Numbered from the stretch's first letter, positions 1-13,643 are shown. The stretch: 64,000 nucleotides of DNA from Eledone cirrhosa (GCA_964016885.1 OZ024740.1:42594001-42658000); one strand, 5' to 3'. The notes: generated by a model not told the origin, from the letters alone. Numbers and translations are program-made.

Positions 1-825
1 TGGTGATGGGGCTTTTTATATTGTTGGTGAGGAAGGGGTGAGCCAGCATTTCCATAGTTGTTGATGTTGACGTTTGGCCAGTGGCCAGGTCACTAAGTCA
101 ATCTATTTATATCTTTTGCTAGCCTCTCCCTTGTCTAGTGATACCGCCACCTTCCCCTTTCTCTCTCAAGTTAACAGGGGAATAGTGGTGGTAGCAACGA
201 AGGAGTGGTGGCGGCGGTGAGGGGATAGTGGTAGCAATGATGGATGGAGTGGTGGCGGCGGTGGCGTTGTCGTTACTGAGTTTTGTGATATGTAGTATCT
301 GTAAGTTTGTGTCGCGTATATTTAATATATATTGTGTTGACATATTCCCGTAAAATTGGAATTAAACATTTTGTTAAAACTTGAGACAATAATAATAGTA
401 ATTATTATTATGATGCTGGGATTGGTGGTGGTGGTGGTGAAATTGCCGTTATCTGACTGTTATATTTAGTGTACACAGCGGGGTGATGGGGTAGGTGGTG
501 TATCAAGTTTCTGGTGTTGGTGAAATTGCTGTTATTTGGCTGTTCTATATAGTGTAGACAGACGGTGTTTGCTTCCATGTATAACCATTTTCTTTTTTGA
601 ATACAAAATATATAATACAAAATTGAATATTTGAGCGATATGAAAATATAATATGGATCCAAAATTTTATGGGACTTGATTCGGTGGTTTATGCAACATT
701 TGTACTAAGAATTGTTATTTGACAATTGATTTAAATATGTTAAAGATCAAAAACTTACGGGAACAATTTCATGACCTTCTACCACCTCGTGCGTCTTCTT
801 CCCTTTTATTATTATTATTATTATT

Positions 826-1251
826 AAGGGCTGAAGACGAGCACTTACCTCTTCGGTGATGCCCTGATTAACTTTTTCAAATTTCATTTGAAAAGGAAAA
901 TCAGGGTAGAGAGGGAAGTGCTCTCTTCCCAGCATTTTGTTGAAAGATGGGTGAGAGAAGCAAGTATGGCCCGAATGAATGGGCCTTCTCTGAGTATGTG
1001 TCTGTAAATTAAAGGTGGAAAACTGGGAGAGGGCACTTGCCCTGGTGGTCAGGGCCACTGTGGTCTTTTAATGGGCTATCTCCACAAATGTCCCTCGGAA
1101 GTCTCCCCCCTATTGGGGAATTTTTCTTTGTTAATTTTATTTCAACCTCTGTTTTTTGACACGCAAAAATGCCCATTTGTACCGTCCTGTATTGTCCTGT
1201 ACTGTCCTTAATGTCTACTTTATGTAAACCCTTGTGGTTAATAAAGAAAAC
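826..1251 (+). mobile_element. Tx1-like LINE 3' fragment (5'-truncated copy)
   Basis: Near-identical to 8508-8938 (end of ORF2, 3'UTR and AATAAA). Bounded by (ATT)n at 806-825 and 1252-1281. Confidence 0.9.
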
Positions 1252-1281
1252 ATTATTATTATTATTATTATTGTTGTTATT

Positions 1282-3316
1282 ACTTGAATCTCAGTCATTC
1301 ATGTTGGTTAACTGGAAAGTCCGTTGGAATGAATATCAAGCCACTACCTACAGCCTCAGATATTCAGGACGTATCGGAGGGTTCTTGCTGTTCCCAGCAA
1401 GCATGCCTTTTGAAGCGTTCCAAAAAGCGTGAAGGGGCCGATTTTCTTTAACCATCCCTGGAAACTTTTGGAGATAGTCCCCAGTGCGCCTATGACAATC
1501 GGGATCACTTTCACTTCATGGCAGTTCCAAATCCTTTTCACCTCCAACTTTAGGTCCTGGTATCGGTTAATTTTCTCCCTCTCCTTCTCTTGCACTCTCG
1601 TGTCGAAAGGGCAGGCCACATCCACAATCAGACACGATCTTTTTTCCTTGTCCACAACCACCAGGTCAGGTCTATTGTGTTCCAGTTTTTGTCCGTCTGT
1701 ATCCTAAAATCCCACAGCACCTTCACCTGATCATTTTCTATTACCGACTCTGGCTTATGCTCATACCACTTCTCAGAATGTGGTAAATTGTTTACTTTGC
1801 ATAGGTGCCAGTGGATCACCCTGCCCATCACATCATGTTTCCAGCCCTTATAGTGAGTCTGGGCTAGGTGTTTACACTCGGATACAATGTGAGCCACAGT
1901 CTCCTCTCTCTTTCCACAGATCCTGCACAGTGGGCTAGCCTCCTCCTTGTAAATATGGTGTTTCAACCACTTCGTTTTGAGGGCCTGCTTTTGCGCAGCT
2001 ATTAACATTCCTTCTGTAGCCTTTTTAAGGTCTCCTCTTTTCAACCAGTTCCATGTCTGTGGATCTCTGAATTCAGTTTTCTCAAAGAAGGTACTATGAA
2101 GGGGTTTTCCTGAAGGCTGCTCTTTCTCCTTGTTGTTATTTCCTCCTTGGACATCCCCAGGTCTATTGTCCTCTCCTTCAGTACAGTTCTGAGCATTGGC
2201 TCCTTACTATCAGTCGCGTATTTGTGTAGGTTGTTTTTCTCCATCTGAACACAGTCCTCTAAGCTGATAAGACCTCTTCCACCTTCAGATCTCCTTAAGT
2301 AGAGTCTATCGACATCACTCCTTATGTGGAACATGTAGATAGTCAATAGCTTCCTAGTCTTCCTATCCATTTCTTTTTGTTCAGCAACATTCCATCTCAG
2401 AATTCCCGCACTGTACCTAATAATAGACCCAGCTCGGGAATTTACTGCACTTATGGCTTTCCTACTGTTCAGATGTGACTTTAATACGCTCCTTACTCTC
2501 CGAATGTATTCAATTCTTATCAATTCCTTCATTTTTTTCGTTCTTGATGTCATCAGCCTCCAGAACACCCAAATACTTGTATCCTTCTCCAGTGTCAATT
2601 TCCTTTATCATCTCAACTGTTTGTACCTGGATTCCGTTACTTCTGCTCAATTTACCCCTCTTCATCACAAGGACTCCACACTTACTAATACCAAATTGCA
2701 TACATATATCATTGCTGAAAATACGGACAGTGTCAACAAGCACATCCAACTCTTTCTCACTCTTCTCGAAGAGCTTAAGATCGTCCATGAAGAGGAGGTG
2801 ATTGAGAGTAAGCTCTCCCTTTCCCAACTTATATCTTGCTCTCACTTTTCGCAGTACAATGGTCAGGGACATCAGGGCAAGGACAAACAACAGAGGGGAC
2901 AGACTATCTCCCTGGAAGATACCTTTCTTGATCTTCACGCCTCCCAAGGATTCTCCAGCTGATGTTAACTCTGTTTCCCAGGACTTCATACTTTTGGCCA
3001 ACAACTGTCTGATGTTATCTGCCACCTTGAAGATCTCTAGGCTTTTGGTGATCCAAGAATGAGGCACCATGTCAAATGCCTTTTTGTAGTATATCCATCC
3101 CATGGCAAGACCAGTGTGTCTCCTCTTGCAATTCCTCATTACCATCTTATCAATAAGTAACTGGTCCTTTGTACCACGTGACTTCTTTCGGCATCCTTTC
3201 TGTTCGTCCGGTAACAAGTTGTTTGTGTGGAGGTGATGGTAGATTTCCTCAGACATAATGCTTCTCAATAGTTTCCACATTACGGACAGACATGTGATAG
3301 ATCTATAGTTGGACAT
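1282..3316 (-). mobile_element. R4/Dong-like RLE non-LTR retrotransposon, 5'-truncated and frameshifted
   Basis: Minus ORFs 2510-3316, 2041-2598, 1628-2044 and 1356-1661 carry [36 protein letters not shown], a CRIC..ETVAHIVSEC zinc knuckle, and LWDFRIQTD / DVACPFD..KEREKINRYQDL restriction-like endonuclease motifs. The element ends in (TAA)n. Confidence 0.88.
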
Positions 3317-3716
3317 TTTTTATTGTTAACTGTATATAAGTGCACATACATGGATTTCTGAAAAGGACACTCAAAAATATTGGGGCCTTGAGCCCAAAAT
3401 TTAAACTTTTTATAATTATCAAACAAAAATTTTTCTTTGAAAAATAGTGGATGTCTCAGAGTCACTCCTACCTCACAATCTAACACCTCACACCGACACG
3501 CCCATTGTAAATAATGCTACGTTTGCCAACATTGGAAATGTAAGCAGGACCAATATTTTAAATTTGTCTCAGGCAGACGTTAATTTCCCGCTATTACCAA
3601 TGACTGCAGGTGTTAAAGCCGCCACCACCACCACCACCGCGACAACCCCCACCCCCACCACCACCACAGCGACAACAGAAACAAAATAAAAAAATAAATT
3701 AACTCGTGATATCTAA

Positions 3717-5296
3717 ATGAATTCAACCAAAATGAACTCTTCCACACCGAACACCACTGGCGCCACCACCACCACAACTGAAACAAAAATTAACAATAGC
3801 AAAAATAACGATAACAACAACAGCAACAATGAAATTAAGAAAACTACCCTGAGTTTTGCCAGAGTAGCAAAAACGTGCGAAGCGATCCAGGTAACTCAGG
3901 AGGAATTAGAGGAAGCCAAAGGAATGGTAAAGAAAGATGGGTACAGGGTCAGCCCCCACCCACACCTAATAAAATGGAGAAACGTCGCCTATGCACTGTG
4001 TCTTATCGGACAATAAACATAAAATCACGCCGAGTGGAAAGGGCATCCGAGTCCCAAATCCAATTGCTTTGGGACATGTGTGGGCAAAAAAAACCCCACA
4101 TCAGACGTGGGCATAAGTATAGAACCGTGGACGTATTCTTTGAAACACCACAGGAGACCAGAGAACACTCCATGGCCCCATTAAGAAGTGACGACTTCAC
4201 ACTCGTCCCAAGCTATTGTGGCCAGAGACTTGTGAAGATCAGGGTGACCCACGTTCCACCGGCCATCGAAATTCCCTGGGCAATGGCTGCCGTCCTCAGC
4301 GGCATCGAGGCCAACACCAAAATAATAGAAATAGCAAAAGAAAAGCAGGAGAACTGGTCCGGATCTGGGATGGAGCTCCTGATACAACCGGACCATAAAA
4401 GCATTGAGGAGATCCCAGCGGTAATAGACCTCACTGACGGCAGCCACTTCACCGTAATTGTCGAGGGCAGAAGGTCTAGGTGTGTCGTTTGTGGTGAAGG
4501 AACCCACCTAAGAGCTCTCTGCCCTCAGGCTAAAAGGTTGAGGCCACCTCTCTTAACCACGCCAGTGACTCAACCATCACCACACCACCCAACACGCCAG
4601 AACTAGCACCAGCGCCTACACCATTCACCACGCCACAACCAAAACCAACGCCTGTGGAGGATTTTCCACTTCCAGGCTTATCGCAACTGGAGGCAGATTG
4701 TGACGACGAGGAGTGGCAAACGTATCAGGAAAAAAAAAAAGAAACCAAAAAAGAAAAAATTCTCTTCCTTCCCCTCCAAAAACAAAATACAGAGAGAAAC
4801 AAATAAATTAACAGACAAAAAAGATAGGACAGATATGCCACCATCCACACCAGCATCACCAACCCTATCACCACAAACACCAACACCATCACCATCATTA
4901 ACCCCAACACCACCATTACCAACACCACAAAAGTCACCAAAAAGCGTAACAGAAACAAACCCACAACAAACGCAAACAAAACAAAACAACCAAAACGATA
5001 CACACTACACAGCATTAAATTTGAACAACAACCAATTATTACACTACATGCAACACAACACCAGCATCACAGAAAAAGACTACACAACAACCCAAAAGTT
5101 CACACCACCTCCACACATACAAATTACTCGCTTCACACAGAAAACGTACACGACACTAAAACAAAAATTCCCCAAAGACATCGGAGACTTCCGACAAACA
5201 CTCTCCAGGAGGATTTATAAGGACATCTTTCCGGAGGAATCCTCAAGCAGTGAAAAGAATGGACAAACCATCCTACCTCTACGAGATGTAAGGTAA
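3717..5296 (+). pseudogene. Tx1 ORF1 (gag-like, frameshifted)
   Basis: ORF pieces 3717-4016, 3875-4606 and 4700-5296. Contains an SFARVA motif, the CVVCGEGTHLRALC (CX2CX4HX4C) knuckle and a basic, Pro/Thr-rich C-terminus. Confidence 0.75.
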
Positions 5297-5330
5297 GTTG
5301 TCTTTCCCATCTTTTCTACTCCATTTCAAC

Positions 5331-8300
5331 ATGACCTCTCTCAGAGTAGGCAGCATAAATGCGCGTGGCTTGGGGTCGTCATGGAAGCAGGGCCACCTGC
5401 TCAACGACCTCAGGTCACTAAACATAGATGTAGTTGCCATCAGCGAGGCCAGAATCTCCGAAGCACGGGCCTTAGCAACTATCTTCGGCGGCTACGATGT
5501 GTACGCATCTCCCAGCCGTCCGGGATCGGGGGGAGGAGTTGCTGTGCTTTTTCGGAGAGGTTTGGATCTCGCCATACGGGCCATCTTCCTGGACCCAGAA
5601 GGTAAGTTGGTGGTGCTAGACCTGACCAGCGGAGACGGGCAAACTTTCAGGCTAGTGGCCGTCTATGCCCCGACAGGAGCAGGGCGGCCTGATTTCTTCC
5701 GGCGTCTGGAGACCTTTCTTGGAACTTCCCGCTCTTTAGTGTTAGTGGGCGACTGGAACGGGATCTTAGATGCACGCTGGGACTGTGTGGGATTAGCGGA
5801 TAAGGGAGGAGGGTGCAAGAGCCTCACCGACGCGCTCAGCCGTTTTGAACTGTCTGACATGTACCGATTGGATTTCCCGAATGTGCCAATGTGGATTTGG
5901 ACAAATCGCATAGGGTCATCCAGATCATATCTAGATAGAATATTTTGTAGGGAAATAGATAGGTCTAGCATAGGCTGTCCACAATTCAAGATAGTCAGCT
6001 ACACGGACCACAAATTCGTGATCTGTGTGCTTGACTTAGCTAGGCTTCATAGACGAGGACCCGTTACTGGAAGCTAAACGCGTTCTTACCAGCGCGCAAG
6101 GCCTACAGAGACCGGATTAGCGAACTAGTTAAGCGGGCGTTGACGGGGAACATCGTCAACAACACGTGGTGGTTTGCTCTGAAAAGAGCAATTAGAGTAG
6201 AGTCCATTAGGTTTAGTAAGGCTTTAGCAATAGAGAAAAATAGAGCAGAGGGAGAATTAGTTGGAAAATTAGACGAGGCGCTTAGCAAAGGCATCGGATC
6301 CGACGTACTTGCGGCGAAATTGGCCCTTGACCAATTCTTCAATGCAAAGCACAAAGGCACGAGGGGACGAAAGCCGTTCAATGGGCTCGAGTGGCGGAGG
6401 CACGTCGTGGCAAGAAAGCCACGATCCGGTCTTTGGTGGACCACGACGGGCGCATGCTACTCGATCCCGGGAAAATGTGTGAAGCTTTTCAGCGACACTT
6501 CGCTCAGTTGTTCGGGGGCAGCGGCGGCCCGGGTCGAGGGATGGACTTTAGTATCTACCTCGACGGACTGCCGCGGCTCTCGGCAACTGAGGCGGAGTGT
6601 TGCGAAAAGCCGATAACAGCCGCTGAAGTACGGGAGGCAATGACTAGCTGCACAAGGGGTAAATCGCCTGGTTTGGATGGTCTGCCCTATGAACTTTACG
6701 TACAGATGCCAGACTTGTTCGGAGGTCTCTTGGCGGACGTCTACTGCAACTGGCAACAGAACGGGAGAATTCCCAGCTCTGTGAGCCGAGGAGCTGTGGC
6801 GCTGCTGAGAAAGTATCCGAACAAGGTGGATAACCTAGATAATTTTAGGCCCATAACTCTGCTAAAGACAGAGTTCAAGATTTTGGCCAAGGTGCTAGCA
6901 AAGAGGTTGGCGCTTGTCGTTGGTGGTCTGGTGGGAGAGGCGCAGACATGCGCCATTCCCGACAGATCCATCCACGACAACCTCCACCTCATGCGATACA
7001 TCGTAGAGAGTGTAGCTAGGGAACCTGGCACGGATGGGTCCTTGATCAATTTAGATCAGTCGAAAGCTTTCGATAGGGTCGACCATCGTTACCTAGCGGC
7101 AGTCCTGAGGGCGGCTGGCTTGGGCCCGTCTTCAGAGGCTGGATCGCTGCCATGCACAGCGACATCTGCTCTGTTTTGAGAGTGAACTGTCACCTTTCGG
7201 AACCGTTCAACATCATGCGCTCGGTCCGCCAAGGATGTCCCCTCTCGTCCCTCTTGTACGTATTGACTCTCGAGCCATTACTGCACAAACTGGAGACGTT
7301 GAGGGGGGTCCCGCGCGAACTAGGATGCGGAAGATCCGTGTCAGCATATGCGGAAGATGTTACCGTAGTGGTGTCGAACGCCAAACACATCGAGGCGATC
7401 GGCACTATACTAAGAGCATACGAAGCGGTGAGAGGAGCAATAATCAACCAGGAAAAGTCAGTGGGCCTGCAGCTCGGCACCTGGAGAGGCAGGTCCATGC
7501 CGTCCATCAACGTTGTCGGGCGCTGGACGGATGACCAGTTAAATTGCTCGGGTTCTGGTTCGGTCCAGATCTCCAGACGGACAAAAACTGGGACGAGGTG
7601 ACGAGCAGGGTGGCTTCTCTCACCCAGAAATGGGTCGACAGGAAGCTATCCCTGAAAGGTCGAGCGGAGGGGGCTAACGGGTATATCGCGTCCGTCATCT
7701 ACTACCGCCTGACCGTCGTACCTTGTCCTAAGCCCCGCCTGACTGCGCTGGAGCGTTTGCTCTTTCACTTTTTGTGGAAGGGACGCGCTCCGATGTTCAG
7801 GCGGTCCATCTGCTGTCAACACCCGCTACGTGGAGGGCTGGGAATGCCGTGGCTGATGATGCGCAGACACGCGCTGAGGCTACGACATCTCTACCTCTTC
7901 CTCGACGGTGATCAGGTCTGTCCCCAGCTCGCATCCTTGACGGAGCTGCAGTCCTGGGTAAAGCGAAGACCGAGAGGGAACGCTTGGAGACTGGAATGTC
8001 TGAAGGCGCTCACAGCCCTCAACCAATCGGGCAATGTGATAGGTGGAAACTCAACCTTGGCGTTCTATAGACGATTAGTGGAGGGGAAGAGCGACGACGT
8101 ACTTTGGGAAACTCTAGGCGTCGACCAAAATCAACTAGCCAATCTCTTCGGAAGAACTTTCGGGCCTGGGCCTATGGACAACTTCCAGAAATCCCTGGCC
8201 TGGCAGTGCTACCGAGGAGCTTTGCCAGTTCGGGATAAACTCTACAGGCATGGAGGTGCCGTCAGCCGGGCATGTCCGAGATGCGCGCAGGGCGACGAAA

Positions 8301-8689
8301 CCGTCCTGCACGCACTCGTCCAGTGTCCGAGCATTGCTGACTTGTGGGTTTATGTCGAACACCTGCTGTCGCGTGTGGGACGGATCCAACTATCAGCTGA
8401 GTCCATCGTGAGGATTGCCCCGCCCTCATCCTTTAGCCGGGAAGGGCAAGCAGTTTTTATCTGTCTGGTTGCCATGGCGAAAGAGATAGTATGGTGGACA
8501 CGTTTGAAAGGGCTGAAGACGAGCACTTACCTCTTCGGTGATGCCCTGATTAACTTTTTCAAATTTCATTTGAAAAGGAAAATCAGGGTAGAAAGGGAAG
8601 TGCTCTCTTCCCAGCATTTTGTTGAAAGATGGGTGAGAGAGGCAAGAATGGCCCGAGTGAATGGGCCTACTCTGAATATGTGTCTGTAA
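5331..8689 (+). pseudogene. Tx1 ORF2 (AP endonuclease + reverse transcriptase + C-terminal zinc finger), frameshifted
   Basis: APE motifs SINARGL, VYAP, GDWN, LDRIF, TDHK. RT motifs KSPGLDGLP, NFRPITLL, DQSKAFDRVDH, VRQGCPLS and AYAED (degenerate YADD). C-terminal CPRC..ETVLHALVQC. Confidence 0.92.
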
Positions 8690-8937
8690 ATTAAAGGTGG
8701 AAAACTGGGAGAGGGCACTTGCCCTGGTGGTCAGAGTCACTGTGGCTTTTTAATGGGCTTTCTCCACGAATGTCCCTCGGAAGTCTCCCCCCTATTGAGG
8801 AATTTTTTCATTGTTCTATTATTACATCCTCTGTTTCTTGTTTTTTACACGCAGAAATCCCCATTTCTACCGCCCTGTATTGTCCTGTACTGTCCTTAAT
8901 GTCTACTTTATGTAAACCCTTGTGGTTAATAAAGAAA

Positions 8938-8983
<46 letters not shown>

Positions 8984-8990
8984 TATTATT

Positions 8991-10446
8991 GGCGACCTAC
9001 GTAGTAAATCGTATGATCGTGAGCTCCGCAAAGGTTTGTTATTTTCAGTTGTTCAAAATTGCCATTCATGGAAAATGTTATTGTTAACTGGATATAAGTA
9101 CACATACATTGTTATCTGAAAAGGACACCCAAAAAGATTGGGGCCTTGAGCCCAAAATTTAGACTTTTATAATTATCAAACAAAAATTTTCCTTTGAAAC
9201 ATCATGGCTGACTAAGAGTCACTCATTTCTCACAAAGTAACACCTCACACCGACACCACCATTGTAAATATTACTACGTTTGGCAACCCTAAAAATATAA
9301 GCATTAGCAATATTTTAAATTTGTCTCAGGCAGACATTCATTTCCCGCCATTACCAATGACTGCAGGTGTTAAAGCCGCCACCATCAGCACCACTGCGAC
9401 AACCACCACCCCACCACCACCGCGACAACAGAAACAAAAGAAAAAAATAAATTAACACGTGATATCGAAATGAATTCAACCAAAATGAACTCTTCCACAC
9501 AGAACATCACTGACGCCACCACCACCACAACTGAAACTAAAATTAATAATAACAAAAATAACGATAACAACAACAGCAACAATGACATTAAGAAAACCAC
9601 CCTGAGTTTTGCCAGAGTAGCAAAACAGTGCGAAGCATTTCAGGTAACTCAGGAAGAATTAGAAGAAGCCAAAAAAATGGTAAAGACATATGGGTACAGA
9701 GTCAGCCCCCCCCCCACCTAATAAAATGGAGCATCGGCGCCTATGCACCGTGTCTTATGGAACAATTAATATAAAATCGCGCCGAGTGGAACGGGCATCC
9801 GAGTCCCAAATCCAAAAAGCTTTAGGATATTTGTGGGCAAAAAAAAACCCCACATCAGACGTGGGCAGAAGTATGGAACCGTGGACGTGTTCTTTGAAAC
9901 ACCACAGGAGGTTAGAGAACACTCCATGGCCCCATTAAGAAGTGACGACTTCACACTCGTCCCAAGCTATTGTGGCCAGAGACTCGTAAAGATCAGGGTG
10001 ACCCACGTTCCAGCGGCCATCGAAATTCCCTGGCTAATAGCTGCCGTCCTCGCCGGCATCGAAGCCAACATCAAGATAATCGAAATAGCGAAAGAAAAGC
10101 AGGAGAACTGGTCCGGATCTGGGATGGAGCTCCTGAACTAAGCGGACCAAAAAAGCATTGAGGAGATCCCAGAGGTAATAGAGCTCACTGACGGCAGCCA
10201 CCTCACCGTAATTGTCGAGGGCAGAAGGTCTAGGTGTGTCGTTTGTGGTGAAGGAACCCACCTAAGTGTTTTCTGCCCTCAGGTTAAAAGTTTGAGGCCA
10301 CCTCTCCTACCCACCCCAGTGACTCAACCATCAACGCCACCAGCAGCAGAGATGGCAGCAACAACAGAAGCAACTGTAACAGCAACAACCCCAGCAACAG
10401 TAGCAAAGCCAACACCAATACCACCCAACGCGCCAGAACTAGCACC
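8991..10446 (+). mobile_element. Third Tx1 copy: 5'UTR and start of ORF1, 3'-truncated
   Basis: Aligns with 3320-4610, starts directly after the (ATT)n tail of the previous copy, and has about 85 extra bp at its 5' end. Confidence 0.88.
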
Positions 10447-10789
10447 GAGTGGCGGAGGCGCGTGTAATTAACGCATACACTAACTACTAGACCTGACTAT
10501 CAAGCTATCCTCTTACATTATCTGTGTTACCTGCCGAATGTTTTTTAATTTTGATTTTTATTTTAATTTTGATTTTGATTTTGATTTTGAATTTGAATTG
10601 CTGTACAAAAATAGTATAGTATAATATATGCCACTCCACTGTACATCAATATATATATATATGTATCTGTATGTCTCTTGCGTTGGAAAGGAGGTCAATT
10701 ATGTGTACAAACATTGAAAAATGCTCCGAAGAAATCAAGTCTAGGTTTGGATGAAACAATTGTAAGTGCATAAATGCTTTGACCATAGC

Positions 10790-10875
10790 TTTGATTCTTG
10801 TGAATTCTCTATATATATGTGTATGTATGTATGTGTGTGTGTGTGTATATATGTATGTGTGTGTATATATGTGTA

Positions 10876-10914
<39 letters not shown>

Positions 10915-11783
10915 ATATATATATGTATATGTGTGTGTATATGTGTGTGTATGTATATATTTATATGTATGTATGTGTATGTGTAAATGTGTGTATTGAT
11001 TACAACGTGTGTTTATTTATTTGTGTCCTTTACTGTATCGCTGTCAACTTTATAATCATTTTTATTTTTATTTATTTTTTCTTATTATTTTTTCTTATAA
11101 TTAATTGTGTGTGTGTGTATGTAGGTGTGTGTACATATATATATATATATATATGTGCGTATGTATGCGTGTATATATGTGTAAGGTCACCAGTTGGTGC
11201 TACTGGTAACATGTGTCCCAGTATAACCTGTCTCATGGTCGGGTCGTTGGCGACTAAACTGGCATCCTACCAAGGTTTCTTGGTGAGGAGGATGACTTTG
11301 GACATCCTTGCAGGACTTAAAACAAAACCTGTCAAAGGGCAAAGGAGCACTTAAGAGTCAATAGCCATCCAAAATCACCGGGAGAGATGACCCCTTAGCC
11401 TTTGTCAAGGCAGAATTCTAGAAGGAAAACTCTGATATAACACCTGCAACACTGATGGTATCCAATGATGTTGACTTGTTCTTCTTTTTGGTAAATATCA
11501 TCTTGGTTAAGAGAGTGGGACTGACTATGTGCAGTGCCTTTGCTCACTATAAAAGCTTCACGGCACAGGCATTGATTTATATCTGGAGATCTGCCTGCAC
11601 TTGTCGTCACATGGTACCATGGGCCCAGCACTATGTGTCAGTAATTGTCACAAGTGTAGTGTTTGTACCAGAGTTTTCAAGTCGCTGGCTGAACTGAAAA
11701 GTCACCCTCGTTCAGCGCATCGGTATGGGTTCTCCTACATGGATATAAAGTAGTGGCCGTACTCGAAAACGAGTTGGCAGCCA

Positions 11784-11829
<46 letters not shown>

Positions 11830-12085
11830 GTGTGTATGTATATGTGTGTGTGCGCGTGTGTGTGTGTGTGTGTATGTGTGTTTATCTACTTTTATATTTA
11901 TTCTGTTTCCTTTCCTTCTACCTTTTCCAGCCCTACTTTCATATAGATTATATTTTTGTTTTTAAAATCCACTGTCAATAAATACACCAGGATTTTTTCA
12001 TTCTGATGGCTGAAAGCAAATTTCTTTTGCTTTCAAGAAACCAAGAAACCACTGGTAAATGAAATAATTATCTTATGTTGTTTAT
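10790..12085 (+). mobile_element. Non-coding PLE-type element rich in (TG/TA)n with a decayed HHR, interrupted by an insertion
   Basis: Inverted homolog of 13225-14165. HHR at ~11996-12064 has core CTGATGG and an internal duplication. Confidence 0.6.
11183..11785. repeat. Unclassified interspersed repeat (possibly LINE 5'UTR- or SINE-related)
   Basis: GC-richer block between microsatellites, absent from the inverted homolog, and partly similar to 54870-55022. Confidence 0.4.
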
Positions 12086-12412
12086 TACATAACTATATAT
12101 ATATATATATATTTGAAGGATGAGTATTTAAGCTTTATTTTATTCTGAGTTAAGACTCTATTGGACTTTTTCCCTGGATATCACAAAATCTGTGGATAAA
12201 ATCTCTGACTTGATATTTTTTTAATTGAGGTTGAATTATTTTCCCATATCTTACGTTAATTATTTTCCATTGTGACGTTATAGTCACTTATATATTATGA
12301 AATACTGTTGGCTTCTTGCTCACAATAATTTCTATATTTTCATATATATATCTATATATATATATATATACGATATTAACAAATGGAAACTATATTTATA
12401 AAACCATATTTA

Positions 12413-12473
12413 TTTCATTATACATATTTCAAGGATACCAAATTAAATTATGGTATGCCTTCATCAGACAAAA
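12413..12473 (-). ncRNA. Type-I hammerhead ribozyme
   Basis: Minus strand: ttttgt CTGATGA aggcatacca..tggtatcctt GAAA tatgta TA atgaaa. Confidence 0.8.
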
Positions 12474-12595
12474 TACAATATATAGCAGTTTTATAAATAA
12501 ACATTGACGTACCCTTTCAAAATGTGACCATTACTTTTGAACGACATCAGGATAGTTAATATCGTATTGTATCCCAACAATTTATATAGAACTTT

Positions 12596-12657
<62 letters not shown>

Positions 12658-12869
12658 AAAGTTCTATTTAAATTGTTGGGATACAACAAGCAAATATTTT
12701 TATAACTGATATAAAGCACTCGACAAGTATTTGGAGTAGATATACAATATTAACTATCCTGATGTCGTCCAAAAGTAATGGTCGCATTTTGAAAGGGTAC
12801 GTATATATATATATATATATTATAAAATAACAGGAGGCTGGACTGGTGAAATTCCTTAAAAGGTTTATT

Positions 12870-12927
12870 ATACTATGATCATTTCAATGTCCGGGTTCAG
12901 TATGAATCCAATGACATCATCAGGTAT
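12870..12927 (-). ncRNA. Type-I hammerhead ribozyme
   Basis: Minus strand: atac CTGATGA tgtc..gacatt GAAA tgatca TA gtat. Confidence 0.8.
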
Positions 12928-13224
12928 TCGAAATATAACAAAGGAATATAATAGACAAAATCCATGGGGCTGAAAACCAGAGACATGATGCCGCCCTCCG
13001 TACTCGCACCACCAACTACACAAACGAAGACAGGTGAGTTGCATTACATCGAGTGCTCTCCAAAATGTTACATCGAGGTTGACCATACGGAATGACCAGT
13101 TCTATCCAGTGGTGAACCAACAAACCTAAATATGTATAAATATATATATAAATGAAGTAATTCCGTCGGAAAGGTCCAGGAAAAAAAGAGTGCTCTATAT
13201 AGGTAACAGAGCTTAATAGTTATG

Positions 13225-13460
13225 TAACAAACAACATAAGGCAATTATTTCATTTACCAGTGGTTTCTTAAAAGCAAAGAAATTTTGCTCTCAATCATCA
13301 GAATGAAAAACTGGTGTATTTATTGACATTGGATTTTAAAAACAAAAATATAATCTATATGAAAGTGAGGCTGGAAAAGGAAGAGGGAAAGGAAAAATAA
13401 ACACACATGCACACGCACACACAGACACATACACACACATAAACACATACACATATATAT

Positions 13461-13502
<42 letters not shown>

Positions 13503-13604
13503 GTATATATATATATATACATACACATACATAAACATGCACACACACACACACTCATGCATATATATATACATACATACACACACACATATATATATAT
13601 ATTC

Positions 13605-13643
<39 letters not shown>

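Larger units (their letters stand above)
3320..8990 (+). mobile_element. Near full-length Tx1/L1-clade LINE
   Basis: 5'UTR, ORF1 with CCHC knuckle, ORF2 with APE-RT-zinc finger, 3'UTR with AATAAA (~8928) and (ATT)n tail 8940-8990. Several frameshifts. Confidence 0.92.

Noticed and set aside
5331-8689. Tx1 copy as an active autonomous element
   Set aside because: Multiple frameshifts and YAED in place of the catalytic YADD.
11230-11785. Hairpin-rich segment considered as an HDV-like or other ribozyme
   Set aside because: I could not build a consistent nested double pseudoknot by eye.
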